Below are positions 12,085 through 25,804 of a DNA stretch of 64,000 bases, piece after piece (position 1 is the first letter of the stretch; each line of letters starts with the position of its first letter). The notes below the pieces were generated by a model. That model was not told the DNA's origin. It did not search any database and saw nothing but the letters and a program-made list of their open reading frames with translations. The position numbers and the translations under genes are program-made. Origin of the DNA: Eledone cirrhosa (Eukaryota); contig OZ024741.1 in the NCBI GenBank assembly GCA_964016885.1, forward strand, positions 311,674,001 to 311,738,000, given 5' to 3'.

Positions 12085-14575
12085 TAAAAGGAACTGGTAG
12101 CTAAAGTAGAAGAGGTACTTAGGAATGGCAGTACAGCTGACGTGCTAGCGGCGAGAACGGCACTAGACCAGTTCTTCAACGTGGAACACGAAGATTGTAT
12201 TGTCAGAAATAGAACACGTGCTCTTAGAAACGAGGGAGTCAAAGCTGTTAGCTGGGCCCGAGTGACAGGCGAAAATGGCAACAAATCGACAATTCGGTCC
12301 TTGCAAGACAAAGATGGACGCATTTTACTTGAATCCAAACAGATGTGCACGGCCTTCCAGCAGCATTTTGCACAACTGTTCGGGCAAAGCGGTACGTCAG
12401 GGGAGGTGATGGACTTCTGCTCCTACCTAGACGGCGTACCACGACTCTCGAGCACGGATGAGGAGAGCTGCGAAAGGCCGATCACAGCGGGCTAAAAAGA
12501 CGATGCCCTAGGCTGTTGTGGGAAACGCAAATCACACGGTTTAGATGGCCTACACTATGACTAGGCATTACAGACTTGTTTTCTGGCGTCCTCAAAGCGG
12601 TCTACTGCAACTGGCGGCAGAAGGGGAGGATTCCCAGTTCTGTAGGCAGAGGCGTAGAAACGCTGATCAGGAAAGATTAGAAAGGAGGGATGAGATAAGC
12701 AATTTATGGCACATAACCCTGCTCAACACAGATTTAAAGATTTTGGCATAGGTGTTAGCAACGAGGCTGTGGCTAGTCGTTGTGTACCTGGTAGGGGAAG
12801 CGCAAACGTGTCCAATCCCGACCAGGTCCATACACGACAACCTCCACCTCATGCGATACATCATAGAGAATGTAGGGTATAAACCTTGATTCGGTAGGGC
12901 TCTGATCCATTTAGATCAGTCTAAGGCATTTGATAGGCTAGACCATCAATACTTGGAAGCGGTTCTCAAGGAAGCCGGCCTCGGTCCCGTCTTTATATGC
13001 TGAATCCCGTCTTTATATGCTGAATCGGCAACCTATTGCAGGAATACGAAACGTTGACAGGAGCAAGAATCAACCCAAACAAGTCTGTCGGTTTGCAACT
13101 CGGCACAGGGCGAGGCAAACCCATGCCTGCTGACAGTGTTGTTGGACGCTAGAAGGAAGGACCGGTGAAATTGCTCGGAGTCTGGTTTGGTCCAGACCCC
13201 CAGGTAGACAAGAACTGGAACAAGGTCACGACGTAGGAGTTTGCACTCACACAGAAGTGGGCTGAGTGCAAACTCTCCCTGAAAGGTCGAGCGGAGGTGG
13301 CGAACACGTACATAGCGTCCGTCATCTACTACGGCTTGACTGTCGTGCCTTGTCCCCGCGAATACCTCACCAAAATATAACGCCTACTCTTCACGTTCCT
13401 CTGGAAGAAACAGGCACCATTGGTGAGGAGTTCAATCTGCTGTCAACACCCTTCTAACGTGGCTGATGGTGCGCAAACACGTGCTGAGGCTACGCCATCT
13501 CCAGGTGTTCCTGACTGGCGAACCGGTGTGGCTATCGTTTGTAAGACGTGCTCTTCCACAACTCGTCTCACTAACAGAGCTCCAGTCCTGGATCAAGCGA
13601 AGACCGAAAATGGGCGCCTGGTACCTCGAGTGCCTTCAGGCGCTCACAGCTCTCGACCAAGCGGAAACGCCAATCAGCAGAGACTCCACTTTGACACTCT
13701 GTAGGGGATTAGTGGAGGATAAGTGCGACGACGTTTTCGGGGAAACTCTAGGCATCGAGGAAGACAAACTGACCAGTCTGTTCGGGAGGACTTTCCGTCC
13801 AGGGCGTATGGATGACTTCCATAGGCTTCTGGCCTGGCAGGGCTACCGAGGAGCTCTACCAGTTCGAGACAAAATCTACAGGCACGGACGCCCTGGAATA
13901 GATCCTGCCAAAATTATCTGTCCAAGATGCGAGCAGGACATCGAAACCGTTCTGCACACAATTGCTAAGTGCCCAGGGATGACCGACCTTAGGAATTATG
14001 CTACTGTCACGTGTAGGACGCATCCAGTTGTCAGCCAAGTCCATCGTGATGATCACCCCGCCGCCTTCATTTAACAATGAAGCAGAGGCGGTCTTCTTCT
14101 GTCTTGTGGCTATGGCGAAAGAGGTAATATGATGTACGAGGTTAAAAGGACTGAGGGCAAGCACCTTTCTCTCCGGACAACAACTCACCCTCTTCTTTAA
14201 GTACCACTCCAGAAGGAAGGTGAGAGTGGATAGAGAGGTCCTACACACCAGTAAATTCGCTGAAAGGTGGGTGAATTTGGACAAAATGGCACGGGTGAAT
14301 GGGTCTTCTCTATATATAAACCTGTAGTTTGACGAAGATAAACAGAGGGAAGACGGGAACACATACAAAACGTGTTCCTGGCGTTGGGGCTGTTTCTATC
14401 CACGGGGTGTAAAACAACCCCGCAGTAGCTTACCCCCCGCCCCCCACACACACAATGGGGATTTCAATTGTTTTATTTTTATATAGTTTATCGTTATTTA
14501 TCATTGTTAAAGCTTTTATATATAAGCCCCGCCGTCATGTAATGTCCCATTGTTGTACGCCCCTATGGCAAATAC

Positions 14576-14580
<5 letters not shown>
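12085..14580 (+). mobile_element. Tx1-clade (L1 superfamily) LINE, 5'-truncated, internally deleted, frameshifted
   Basis: ITLLNTDLKILA, RSIHDNLHLMRY, LDQSKAFDRLDH RT motifs; LPVRDK...CPRCEQDIETVLHTIAKC zinc knuckle; 3' end abuts (TA)n. Confidence 0.88.
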
Positions 14581-14624
<44 letters not shown>

Positions 14625-14820
14625 TATTGAAGTCTCCCTTGAAATTTGAAAAAGTCATAGGAGTGAAGAGTGCTTTATGTAAGTTGCAGAGGTAAATTTA
14701 AATAAATAAATGTATAATAAAAATTGGCTTGTCTGACGAATGAATGCGGACGTTTCTTGTATTCGTCTTATTCCGGAATCCTCTGGTAATGAGGTAATTA
14801 TATTGTATTGTTTATTATAC

Positions 14821-14882
<62 letters not shown>

Positions 14883-15107
14883 TACATATATATGTATAGA
14901 TATATATAGATATATGTATTTGAAAAAAAGGAAAAGAATGACTTCACTCGTAGTGTTAAAAATTTATGATTTCATGTTATAATATTATAATATTATAAGA
15001 TCAAGTAAGTTCTTTGTTAACTTCCGTGGGTGAAAATTTTAGAGATTCCTGGTTAACTTGGGTTGGAGAATTTTCTCGCATTCGTCTGTCTGATCTCAGT
15101 TTGACAA

Positions 15108-16775
15108 TCGCCACAGCAACTATCCCCGTCGTTCCAGCGGCCTTAACATTTTTCATTTCCTTAATTGCCTCTTGGACTCTGTATTCGTCAATCGCAATAG
15201 CTAGTCCCTATGTTGTTTCTACTGGGGGATAATTTCTCTTTCTCCCATTCGTACTCCATATTCATCAGTCTCTCATAATGACATTTCCAGGCATCCTTTT
15301 TTCTGATCATTCGTGACACAATGTACACCGGCATCAGTATTCTCTTAAATTGCTACGAAGGTAAAGGGAATGCTCTGGAGAGGAGCAATTATAGGGACAT
15401 AAAACTGATGGATTTATGTTATGAAAGTGCCAGGAAGAATATTAGCGCAATGAATCAGAGAAAGGGTCAAATTAGATGAAATGCAGTTTGGTTGTGTGCC
15501 TAGAAAAAGTACAACAGATGCCCTCTTCTCAGTGAGACAATTACAAGAGAGGTTCTTAGAGAAGAGTAAGCCACTATACTTAGCTTTTGTTGACTTAGCG
15601 AAGGCCTTTGATAGCGTAACTCGATCTGTCATCTGGTGGTCGCTAAGGAAACTAGGTGTAGAGGAATGGCTTGTGAGGACAGTGCAAGCTATGTACAGGG
15701 GTGCTGTCAGTAAATTGAGGGTAGGAATGGAGTTTAGTGAGGTATTCCAGATACAAGTAGGAGTTCATCAGGGTTCGGTCCTCAGCCCGCTCTTGTTCAT
15801 TATAGTCCTCCAAGAGATAACAGAGGATTTTAAGACTGGCTGGCCATGGAAACCTCTCTATGCTGATGATCTGGTACTGGTAGCAGAATCAGAAAAGAAG
15901 CTAGAGAATAAATTCTGGCTATGGAAAACCCATTTGGAATCAAGAGGTCTGAGAGTAAACATATCTAAGACGAAAGTGTAGGTAAGTAGAAAAGAGGACA
16001 AAACTCTGATTCGATCAGGCAAATGGCCATATTCCATATATAGAAAAGGAGCTCGTATAAATTCTACAAAATATACACAAGAATGCACATCTTGGGTACA
16101 CAAGAGATGTAGTGGGATAGCAAACTAACAGGTAGGGAAAACTACGTATGCAGTAGATGAACAGGGAAATTTGTCAGTAGAAATCGCAGTGATAGACACA
16201 TTTCTAAAATGCAGGTGGGTTCTATAGAAGTGGTTGATAGCTTCCAGTACGTAGGTGATCAGATTAGCATAGATGTGGGTGTTCCTAGGCGATAGTATCT
16301 AGAATAAGGACGAGTTGGAAGAAATATAGAGAGCTGATTCCTCTGTTGACAAAAAAGGTTTCTCCCTGGGTACGAAAGGCTGGTTATATGATGAATGTGA
16401 GATGCCTGATGCTGCATGGTAGTGAGACATGGGCAGGAACTATGGAGGATATGAAGCAAGCATGCTCCGTTGTATGTGCAATGTGCGTAAACGACGAAGC
16501 ATAGATGAGTTGAGCGAGAAACAGTATAAGAGGGACGAGTTGTAGTGTGCAGGAGAGAAGACTGTGATGGCATGGACATTTGATGCGCATAGAGGATGAC
16601 GGCTAGGTAAAGAAGTGCCAAGAAATCTCAGGAGAAGGAAGACGCGGTAGAGGAGACTACGAAAAACATATGTGGAGTTGGTGGGAGCAGACCTCAGATC
16701 GCTGAAGCTCACGTATGGGATGTCGAAGGGCCGTGACAAGTGGAGAGATGCTGTGCGGTATAGGTTCCGTCCCAC
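15108..16775 (+). mobile_element. RTE-clade LINE with inverted 5' segment (15108-15333)
   Basis: Plus strand CYEGKGNALERSNYR, QFGCVPRKSTTDA, FVDLAKAFD, GVHQGSVLSPLLF, LYADDLVL; minus strand 15333-15108 gives KDAWKCHYERLMN...VQEAIKEMKNVKAAGTTGIVA, the region just upstream of the RT. Confidence 0.9.
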
Positions 16776-19700
16776 GGAACAAGTATGACACCGACAGCAG
16801 AGCTCAATCCGTTTCGACGGTTAATTCTAGACTGAATAAGAATGTTTATCCTGGTAAATAAATAGCCGAACTTCTCAGGGGGTAATTCCTTATATGGGAA
16901 GATAGTAATTGCAAAAAGTATTGGTCAAAAAGTTCTTGTAAGGACAGATGATTCTATCTTGGCATTTAGTGGGAGGTAGGGGTAGCTGAATGTTGCCGGT
17001 AGAACAAAGAGGAAGTGGGGGAAACCCAGTCAAGCGTTGAAAGTGAAATCTATACAGCAGATTCTAAGGATAGTGTATAGAAGGTCGAAAGAAGTGTACA
17101 GGAGAAGGGGAGAGGGGGGAGTTGAAAGAATAGGTAAATCGAAAGGGAGTAAACAAAAAAGCCATTATAAAAATGAGGAAATAAATATATAAAAAACAAT
17201 TTCTGGTAACTACGCCATCCCCACAATCACCAAATCTCTCATTGGTATTGCTAAGCTATAGAAAAGTTTAATATATGGAGAAAAAATACTAAATACGAGA
17301 TTGTAGTGAAATAATTTTATAAAGCCGGCTTTACAGGGGGTCTAACACCACTGCTATAGTTAGTAGTAATCAGCCAATGCTATCTTACAATGACAGGTTA
17401 ATAAGTTGAGAACAAGCATACTAACATACTATTACAAAAATACTAATACGAAATATTAATTCAGAATACTAATACATAAATACTAATACAAGAATACTAA
17501 TACAAAAATACCACTAAGAAATTTAGAAATCATGGAAATGGAGCAGCAACCGGAAAGAAAACAATTTACATATCTGCTATAAAAATCGCAATCGGCCAAT
17601 TCTATTTTAAAATTAAGGTGGGAGGAACTGAGGCTACAGAGGACCGATGGGCTGCATCGGGTGGGCGAAGAGGTGAAAAAAAGACAAGGAAGGAGATCTG
17701 GGGTGGAAGGACTAGGAAGAGATGGGGGAAGAAGGAAATATAGAGGAAAAGATAAAAAGTTACGTCTACCTTCGTAAGCAGGGGTTACCCCTTACAAAAT
17801 GCGCAAGTGGGGTGTTTCAGCCCTTGTCTACCCCCCGGGTCATTATGGGGTTTGAGGGCGAGGTAAGTCCTACGCAATCTGTGTTTGCATGCAGTTACCA
17901 GTTCGTCTTTCTTGTTTAGGAGTTGGTCCTTCGAAAACAACATTTGTAATGTTCCCTCCGTGCATAAGTTACACGGACGGCGTCCTCACGTGTAAGAGTT
18001 AGCTCTGGACAGTAAGCTCCAAGTGAGATTGTAAGTTATATTATTATCTTTGAGGTCCCAGCTGTGGCCCGAAAATGTAGTGGCATGACGCCGGACCGGG
18101 TTTCGGAAAGTATGTCTGTGTAGGTAGAGCCGGGTCTTGAAGTCACAAGCGGTTAATCCTATATAAGTTTTGTTGGAGGTATCCGTCCTCACGTTGCACT
18201 GGTAGATCACATTACGATCTCAGCATCTGTTATTGAGAGGGTAAAGGGATCTACCAGGAGAGTTACACCTTTTGGTCCGCTCTCCACTGCTGTCTAGGTT
18301 ATTTCTTCCATAGGCGTTGAGTTTTTTGTTGTTAGAGGAGACGATGTTATGTGCGAAGTTATGTGTGGTGCTGTAGGAGAGTTTGATGGTGTTTTTGTTG
18401 ATTATGTTGTGCTAGCGGTGTTGTAGTGGGAAGTGTTTTTCGATGAGCCTAAAGAAGATTTTCCCGATAGGTGTAGTCACCTCGGCATTGTGGAGAGGAT
18501 TGAACCACGTTACGTTGCGTAAGCGGCGGTGTCGCCTGCTGGTTCCGCTAATGGAAGCTGGATAATAGGATATTTCCTCCCGGAAGCCACTCCGCTTGAG
18601 GGCCTAACTGGAATAAGGCGCATGTTCGTCCAATATCTGCTCATTAGCGGACAAATGAGATATGCGGAGGGAGATGTTTTTAACCAGGTTATTGGTGATG
18701 TTTCTGGGATGGTTCGATCGGCGGTGGATGCAATGAAGATTGTCGTTTGGTTTCCAGTATGGGTAGTACATATCATTATCGAGGTTAAGTGTAACGTCCA
18801 GGAAGTTTACTCGAGTTAGGGACGTATGTAGGGTTATTTTAAATCCCCAGTCGCGGAAGAAGCTGATTAATTGTTTACGGACCCGGTCTGTACTACTGGG
18901 GTTGTACCCTTTGAGGGTAAAGAGCCCATCTTCACGGTACAATCCAGCGCCGAATGCAGGAAACATATCGGTAAGTTTAAATAGTAGGAATAATCCTATA
19001 AGATCTGTGACCTCTTCCGAATCCGTCACCCCCATACTGACCTCGAAGGGGGAGTCAGGAGCTATCTTTATCGATTTGGAGTTGTCGAAAAGTAGGACTG
19101 TCTTCGTGGCGTGTGGGGTGATATTTCTTTCCTGGTCGGTAATGGGCGTGTTTCGTCAAAGTCCAAGGCGGCCGTAAGGAGTGGTAAAAAATTGATGCAT
19201 AGTAACTCTCTATGTCAAACTGGATGAATTTTGTGTCTCGATTGTCCTCCATATTGCTGAACCATGAGGTTACTTCCTGGGTGTTGATCCATAAGCCAAG
19301 TCTCGCGTTTTGTTTAACTTTTGGTATAACGCGGTCTAGGATGTTTTTTACTGATTCTCCCTTCTGTCGAACTTCGTTGGGTGTATAAGCCTGATGGATG
19401 GTTTACGGTCGAAGTCGGATTTGTGGTCCTTCAGTGTGAAGTAGGGAGTCCTTGGGTCTAGGGGTTCAGTGCGGTCAGCGACTCCAAGGCTGGAGGTAAT
19501 TTGTTGTCCATCTCGATTTATGTCCTCGATACTTGAATGGTTAGCCTTTTTATAGGTGGAGCTTATGCGGATCCTGATCAGTGTGGGGTATCTGTCCGGG
19601 TTGACGAAGTAGAGGTTTCCAGTTTTATCCGAGTGCACCATGATGTCGTTGCTGTTTTCATACTCTGTTAATTTGCTACGGAGTTTTTGTAGGAATCTGT

Positions 19701-21502
19701 TGTGTCTGGGTTTGACCAGTTGGAAAAAGTGATTCTCGAAGGGTGCGAGCATAGGGTTCGGAGGAGGAGATTTGTAGGCATTAAATCCGAATCTCTCATT
19801 GGTATCGAAGTCCTGTTTGTCGCAATATCTGTCGTAGAAAAAAGTTCTCCATCTTACTCTTTTCTCAAAGAGGTCGCTTTTTTGCGTGAGCATCCGAAGG
19901 TAAAGCTTTCTCAGTGCAACTGGGATGTTCTTGGTGGAGGAGTCGATGATGTGTTTCCGCATGGTGTGGGTGAAGGAACTTGAGCTCAGCGGAAAAGTCT
20001 GGATAAGGCGTGGTAGGGTCGGAAAGTGCTCTACTACGGAAATAGGAGCTAGATGACAAAGGAAATGTGGTAAGGAACCAGATGGACCATAGCGTACCAA
20101 AGTAATCAATACTTAGTGTAGTAGAGTGGGTAATAGGAACAAGTATGACCCCGACGGCAGAGCTCAAGCCGTTTCGACGGCTAATTCTGGACTAAATAAT
20201 AATTTTTAGCCTAGTAAATAAATAGCCGAACTTCTTAGATGGTAATTCCTTATATAGGAAGATAGTAATTGTCAAAAGGATTGGTCAACAATTTGTTGTA
20301 AAGACAGATGATTCTATCATGGCATTTAGTTGGAGGTAGGGGTAGCTGAACTTGCCGGTAGAACAAAGAGGGGGTGGGGGAAACCAAGTCAAGCGTTGAA
20401 AGTGAAATCTATACAGCAGATTCTAAGGATAGTGCATAGAAGCTCGAAAGTGTACAGGAGAAGGGGGAGAGGGGGGAGGCGAAGTTGAAAGAATAAACAA
20501 AAAAGCCATTATAAAAATGAGGAAATAAATATATAAAAAACAATTTCTGGTAACTACTCCATCCCCACAATCACCAAATCTCTCATTGGTATTGCTAAGC
20601 TATAGAAAAGTTTAATAGATGGAGAAAAATACTAAATACGAGATTGTAGTGAAATAATTTTATAAAGCCGGCTTTACAGGGGGTATAATACCACTATTAT
20701 AGTTAGTAGTAATCAACCAATGCTATCTTACAATGACAGGTTAATACGTTGAGAACAAGCATACTAAAATACTACTACAAAAATACTAATACGAAATATT
20801 AATTCAGAATACTAATACATAAATACTAATACAAGTATAATAATACAAAAATACCACTAAGAAATTTAGAAATCACGGAAATGGAGCAGCAACCGGAAAG
20901 AAAACAATTTACTGGGGTCTAACATATCTGCTATAAAAATCGTAATCGGCCAATTCTATTTTAAAATTAGGGGATGGGTGTACTGAGGCTACAGAGGACT
21001 GATGGGCTGCATCGGAGTGGGCAAATAGGTTAAAAAAAGAAAAGGAAGGAGATCTGGGGTGGAAGGACTAGGAAGAGATGGGGTAAGAAGATAATATAGA
21101 AGAAAAGATAAAAAGTTACGTCTACCTTTGTAAGCAGGGTTTATCCCTTACAAAATCGGCAAGTTTGGGTTTTTCAGCCCTTGTCTAACCCCCTCCAACC
21201 CCCGGTCAATATGGGGTTTAAGGGCGAGGTAAGTCCTACGCAATCTGTGTTTGCATGCAGTTAAGAGTTCGTCTTTCTTGTTTAGGAGTTGGTCCTTCGA
21301 AAACAGCATGTATTCTGAATTAATATTTCGTATTAGTATTTTTGTAGTAGTATTTTAGTATGCTTGTTCTCAACTTATTAACCTGTCATTGTACGATACC
21401 ATTGGCTGATTACTACTAACTATAGCAGTGGTGTTAGACCCCCTGAAAAGCCGGCTTTATAAAATTCTTTCACTACAATCTCGTATTTAGTATTTTTCTC
21501 CA
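16776..21502 (-). mobile_element. Penelope-like element, near full length: RT + GIY-YIG ORF remnant (about 17900-19960), two direct pLTR copies (16776-17940, 20136-21306) and an inverted piece (21311-21502)
   Basis: SDKTGNLY, FTLKDHK, FIQFDIESYY, GLYREDGL, VNFLDVTLNL, SNHP, IYQC..TYIGLT motifs; about 1.16-kb direct repeats; partial-tandem plus inversion layout typical of PLEs. Confidence 0.93.
16786..16884 (-). ncRNA. Degenerate type I hammerhead in Penelope pLTR (second copy 20146-20244)
   Basis: ACCCC-CUGAGAA-g..CGGCUA...UA(A/G)CCGUC-GAAAC-GG(C/A)..GC(C/U)-GUC-GG(G/U)GU; core has an uncompensated change at position 8. Confidence 0.55.
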
Positions 21503-21719
21503 CCAGAAGTGTAAAGGACTACAATTCTTATTTCAGCATAAAGTACATATGCGTGTATGTTTGTCAACGCACACCGTTGCAAGCACGCACGCACAAACAC
21601 AGGCTCAGATGCATTCCCATATTACGTCTACACAGTCACACACATGCATACATGCACGCATACCATAAGTCTATATATGCCAACATGTGGATACACCCAC
21701 ATGGACACAGTGTCAAAGT

Positions 21720-23605
21720 CACCTCTGAAGGTGGGGAGATGGGTGAATGGTAGTAATAGGCGCGTCAGTTTACTTGTGGTATTTATCCCTGACTCATGCG
21801 TGCGAAAGGGATTGGGTTCGACGCAGGATATCCTCCAGGTATTCGTGTCACAAGCCGGGGTTGGGCGTTGGGACCCGTTGGTATGAAACTTGGGGTGCCT
21901 GTTTGCACATGACTCCGCCGACGTACGTCATCTATTTATATCATCTTGTGTCCGCTAACTTGGGTTCTGGTTAAAGAAGTGAGAGAGAGAGGGGGGTTGA
22001 CCGCAGCGGTGTGAGGCATGGCTTTAGCTGCTAGGTAGGTGTGTTGCTATAGGAGTCGATCGAGGCGGGAATAGAGGTGGGGAGTGTATAGAATGTGGTT
22101 TACTTTGGGCTTGGTGTGACGGGGCTGCTGTCCCTATAACTTGAGGGAAGTTCCCACCCAAATGGTTTTTTATCCTTATAGCTTGAGGAAGGTTCCGGCA
22201 CTGGGTTGTCTACATGTACCAAAGAAGTCGGTCCTGAGGTTGATGAGGCTGCTCCCACCACTGAGTATCTCGAGCGTCTCGCTCAGCCATAGGTTGCAGA
22301 TGCCAGATCCCCCTCTGTCTTGTGGAACTTCCCTGATTTTGGACCAGGAAAGAGAGTACGGGGTCCAGACAACTTGAGCTTCCAGATCAGTTCGGAAAGA
22401 GCTGTACTATTCCTTTTGCCCTACCTATTAAAGGAATGGCGATGGTTATACCATATGTCCTTGAAGCTCGTTGATGTGGCTCCCATGTAAAGGTGCTCAG
22501 CGTTGGGGTTTTTTACTCTACATCCGTATACTAAGTTCTTCATGATGCATTCATTAATAAGGGGGCATAATGGGGTTCGGCATTTGCAGGAGGTGCTCGA
22601 TTTCTGAGTGCCTATTATGGCGTTCCCGTTGCGTAGTATGGGGCGGTCTGCCCCTGTTCTCCGTGGGGGTTACCTGGGTCTGTTTGGGTTCCCAGGGTGG
22701 TGACCTTGTCCACCATTCCTTCCCTCCACATGGCTCTGCTGGCTGCTTATATTGCTAGATGGTGGTTGTGTGCAATTTATAAGTGTACTCCTATTGTCGC
22801 TAGCTATGTGCTGGGCTACGCTGTGCGTGGTAGAATAGGAGAGCTTTACAGTGTGTCTGTTGAAGATCTTGAGGTATCTGTGGTCCCTCGGGAAGCATTT
22901 ATCTAGTGCCCTAAAAAATGACCGGGCCAGGCTGGTCTCTAGGCCCGCTGAGTAGGGTGGGTTATGCGACGTAGTTTTTCTTAGTTTATTACTATGTGGG
23001 TGGTTGAGCGTGTTGTGGGCTTTTGGGAAGTAGTTGGGTTGCTACTGGTTTCCGCATTGTTGATTCCTCTTTGGGCGCTATCTGTTTTCCTAGCTTCTCG
23101 GCCCGTACCTTTGGGGTTGTGTGTGCCCACGCTGAGAGTTCTACAATGGGATGATCCTCCATCAGTCCCGCTTCGTGTCTTGCGGTTGGGGGCATCGGGC
23201 CCGGGGTGGTTAGTATCACCCCTGAGACCACCTCGCGTACTGGGTTTCCTCATATGGCTAGGCGTATGTGTCCTTTCCTCTAATGTGCTGGTGCTGGTTT
23301 CATGGAGTTTAGTTGATTCCACTCTGCCTGCATTGTTAGGAATCCCCCCTCCCGGGTAGTGTGGTCGGGGGGATCGATTGTCTATCCCTATCATGGCGCC
23401 TCGGATTGTAAGATATAATTTGGCCTTGGGCCGCCTTTTTTAGAGCTACGTTATAATACTCTGCGTTGCTATCGAAGATCTCCTTATTGGCGGACAAATT
23501 GGAGATCCTGTCCGAGACATTCTTGACTACGACCTTAATTATGGATCTAGGGTGGCTTGTCTTGACGTTAACATATACTACCGATGTATTGACAGAGTGA
23601 AACAC
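21720..23605 (-). mobile_element. Penelope-like element 3' remnant (RT thumb + GIY-YIG), decayed
   Basis: YVNVKTSHPRSIIK..V..RISNLSANKEIFD..A.YYNVALKK; PLMNECIMKNLVYGCRV before the GIY-YIG region. Confidence 0.75.
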
Positions 23606-23647
23606 ACTTCAAAATCATGTATACCTGTCTTTTCCACACCAATTCGG

Positions 23648-23702
23648 ACTGCCTGAAGAGCTCACAGCCAATAATAGCTGTCACCGAAATATATATAGCA
23701 GT
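23648..23702 (+). ncRNA. Minimal type I hammerhead ribozyme
   Basis: ACUGC-CUGAAGA-gcucACAGC/GCUGUcacc-GAAAU-AUAU-AUA^-GCAGU; 5-bp stem I, palindromic loop 3, base of stem II partly mismatched. Confidence 0.7.
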
Positions 23703-23894
23703 AAATATATATAGCAGTAAATTTATAATAAGCGAAGACAAATTTTACATATTTGAATTACTTATTTTATTTTACATTACTCCGGAGTAAACAAAACAAC
23801 CTGCGTACTTCGTAGAGTGCTCCAATCTGCATACTGAGGTGTCGGTAACCAACCAACATATACTCAGAAAGAAAAACAAATATATATATATTTA

Positions 23895-24230
23895 GTGAAA
23901 GAGTGAAGAATAAAATGGTCAAGAGTACAAACAATGGTTTTATTTACAGTATTAACAGTTTCATTGATTAGGATGTGTAAAGGTTGGTAATCACTTGAAG
24001 TTGTATCACTCAACCTTCAATATAGTGTATGACTAATCAAATCATCGGAATAACTGGAATAACTGCAGTTATTCCGATGATTTGATCAGGCAGAGACTGT
24101 ATTGAAGGTTGAGTGACAAAACTTCAAGTGATTAGCAACCTTTAGAAATCCTAATCAATGAAACACTTGTTAATACTGTAAATATAACCATGTTTGTACT
24201 GTTGACGATGTTATTCTTCAGTCTTTCTCT
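23895..24230. repeat. Fold-back (arms about 170 bp) with a hammerhead-like motif in each arm
   Basis: Centre CTGCAG at 24063-24068; arms carry CAGUUAUU-CCGAUGA...GAAAC..GUU-AAUACUG (23947-24056 minus, 24066-24178 plus). Confidence 0.85.
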
Positions 24231-24462
24231 ATTATTACTCCAAGATTAACCTGCATAGGAATTCCCGAGAACTCGCCACCTAACTAAGGAAACGTCTTGT
24301 TAAGTCAAACAACTCCGTACGTTAAAACTATCCACAATACAGAGTATTCACAACCTCTAACTGGATTACCTATAACAATAATTTGTTATCCCATATATAT
24401 CTCTCTCTCTCTATATATATATATATAATAGAAGATCAAAAGATGTTTAAAAGAGTTCCATG

Positions 24463-24533
24463 TATTTTATTATGCGTATTTCAAAAACAAATATCATCAT
24501 GCGATGACATTTGAGTTTTCGTCAGATAAAATA
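24463..24533 (-). ncRNA. Type I hammerhead ribozyme, canonical core
   Basis: UAUUUUAU-CUGACGA-AAAcuCAAAUGUCAUC-gcau-GAUGAUAUUUGuuUUU-GAAAU-ACGC-AUA^-AUAAAAUA; 8-bp stem I. Confidence 0.8.
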
Positions 24534-25657
24534 TGAAGGTTAAAAAACACTTGTGAATAGTGCAGTTTTAAATCAACATATGAAAAGTAGTTTAAGATTG
24601 ATGTGTGATATTGGGAAAAAATGAGGGGGGGGGTTGGAAAGGATGAAAAAGAGGAGGAGATGAGAGTAATGAATGGAGGGGGAGGAGTATAATAAGGAAG
24701 GATGAGATAGGAGGAGAGATGGGTGATAGAAAGAGAGAGATACCCTTTATAACTGAGAAAAATATATTGTTTTACAGAGAGAGGTTAAAAAGCCGTTGGA
24801 AGATAATATATAAATTAAAAGAATTTGAAAATTAATGAAGAGAAAAAAAAAATAAAGAATAATGTCAAATTAAGGTTTGTATATTGAAGGGTTTAATAAT
24901 ATGTGCGATGAAAAGAGATTGTTAATATGTATTAAGAATAATATTCAATTAAGGTTTGAATATTGAAGGGTTTAATAATATGTGAGATGGAAAGACATTG
25001 TTGATATGTATTATTAAAATAAAAATATTAATGTTATTAAGGATATAATGTGAAAAGAAGTAGAAGAGTGGATGAATTATGAATTTAGAGGAATTAGTTA
25101 GTGTTTAAGTTTGTTTTTATGTAATGTAATATGTATGTGTAATATATGTAAATAGTTTGTTTACAAATGAGCGCAGAAAGCAAAGAAGGAGATAGTGTTT
25201 AAGGAAGAGAAGACTCTAACATCAAAATATGTATGTTTATGAAGTATTTCCTAATGGTAATAATATAATGTAATAAAGGAGATTAGTTAGGGTTTAAGTT
25301 TGTTTTTATGTATTGTGATGTGTAATATGTAAAAGTTAGACGAGCATGAAAGGGAGAAAAAATAATGAATTGAAGATGAATAATCTAACGTCAAAGAAAA
25401 AATGTTTATGTTTACGAAGGATTTTTAAATGTGATACTATTAAGTATTTAAAAAGGGTAATAGTAAGTTTTATGGCCAGTGATATGATGGAAGAAGGAAG
25501 AGTGGATATATTGTGGTGAGTAATAATGAGAATTGAGAAGTATCTAGGAAGAAAAGGTACAGATTAGAGTTTAGAAATTAAAAGAAGAAAGGAAAAAAGG
25601 AAGAAAGGGAAGTGATAAATAGGAATGATATAGAATGAGTAACTAGTATTATATAAT

Positions 25658-25804
25658 TGTTTCTACTTTTGGCACAAGGACAGCAATTACCCAGTGCATT
25701 ACTGGTACTTTATTTTATCGACCCCGTAAGGATGAAAGGGCCGTAACTCTATGCATCAAAGCATGGCATCCTACCCTCTACCGATACTGCCAATTCACCG
25801 CCCT
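25658..25804 (-). mobile_element. SINE with internal deletion
   Basis: Family sequence; TSD GTAACTAGTATTATATAAT on both sides. Confidence 0.85.

Noticed and set aside
14728-14770. Partial hammerheads (also about 5100-5150, 11730-11845, 30990-31030)
   Set aside because: Only one half of the core is present or the core is too degenerate
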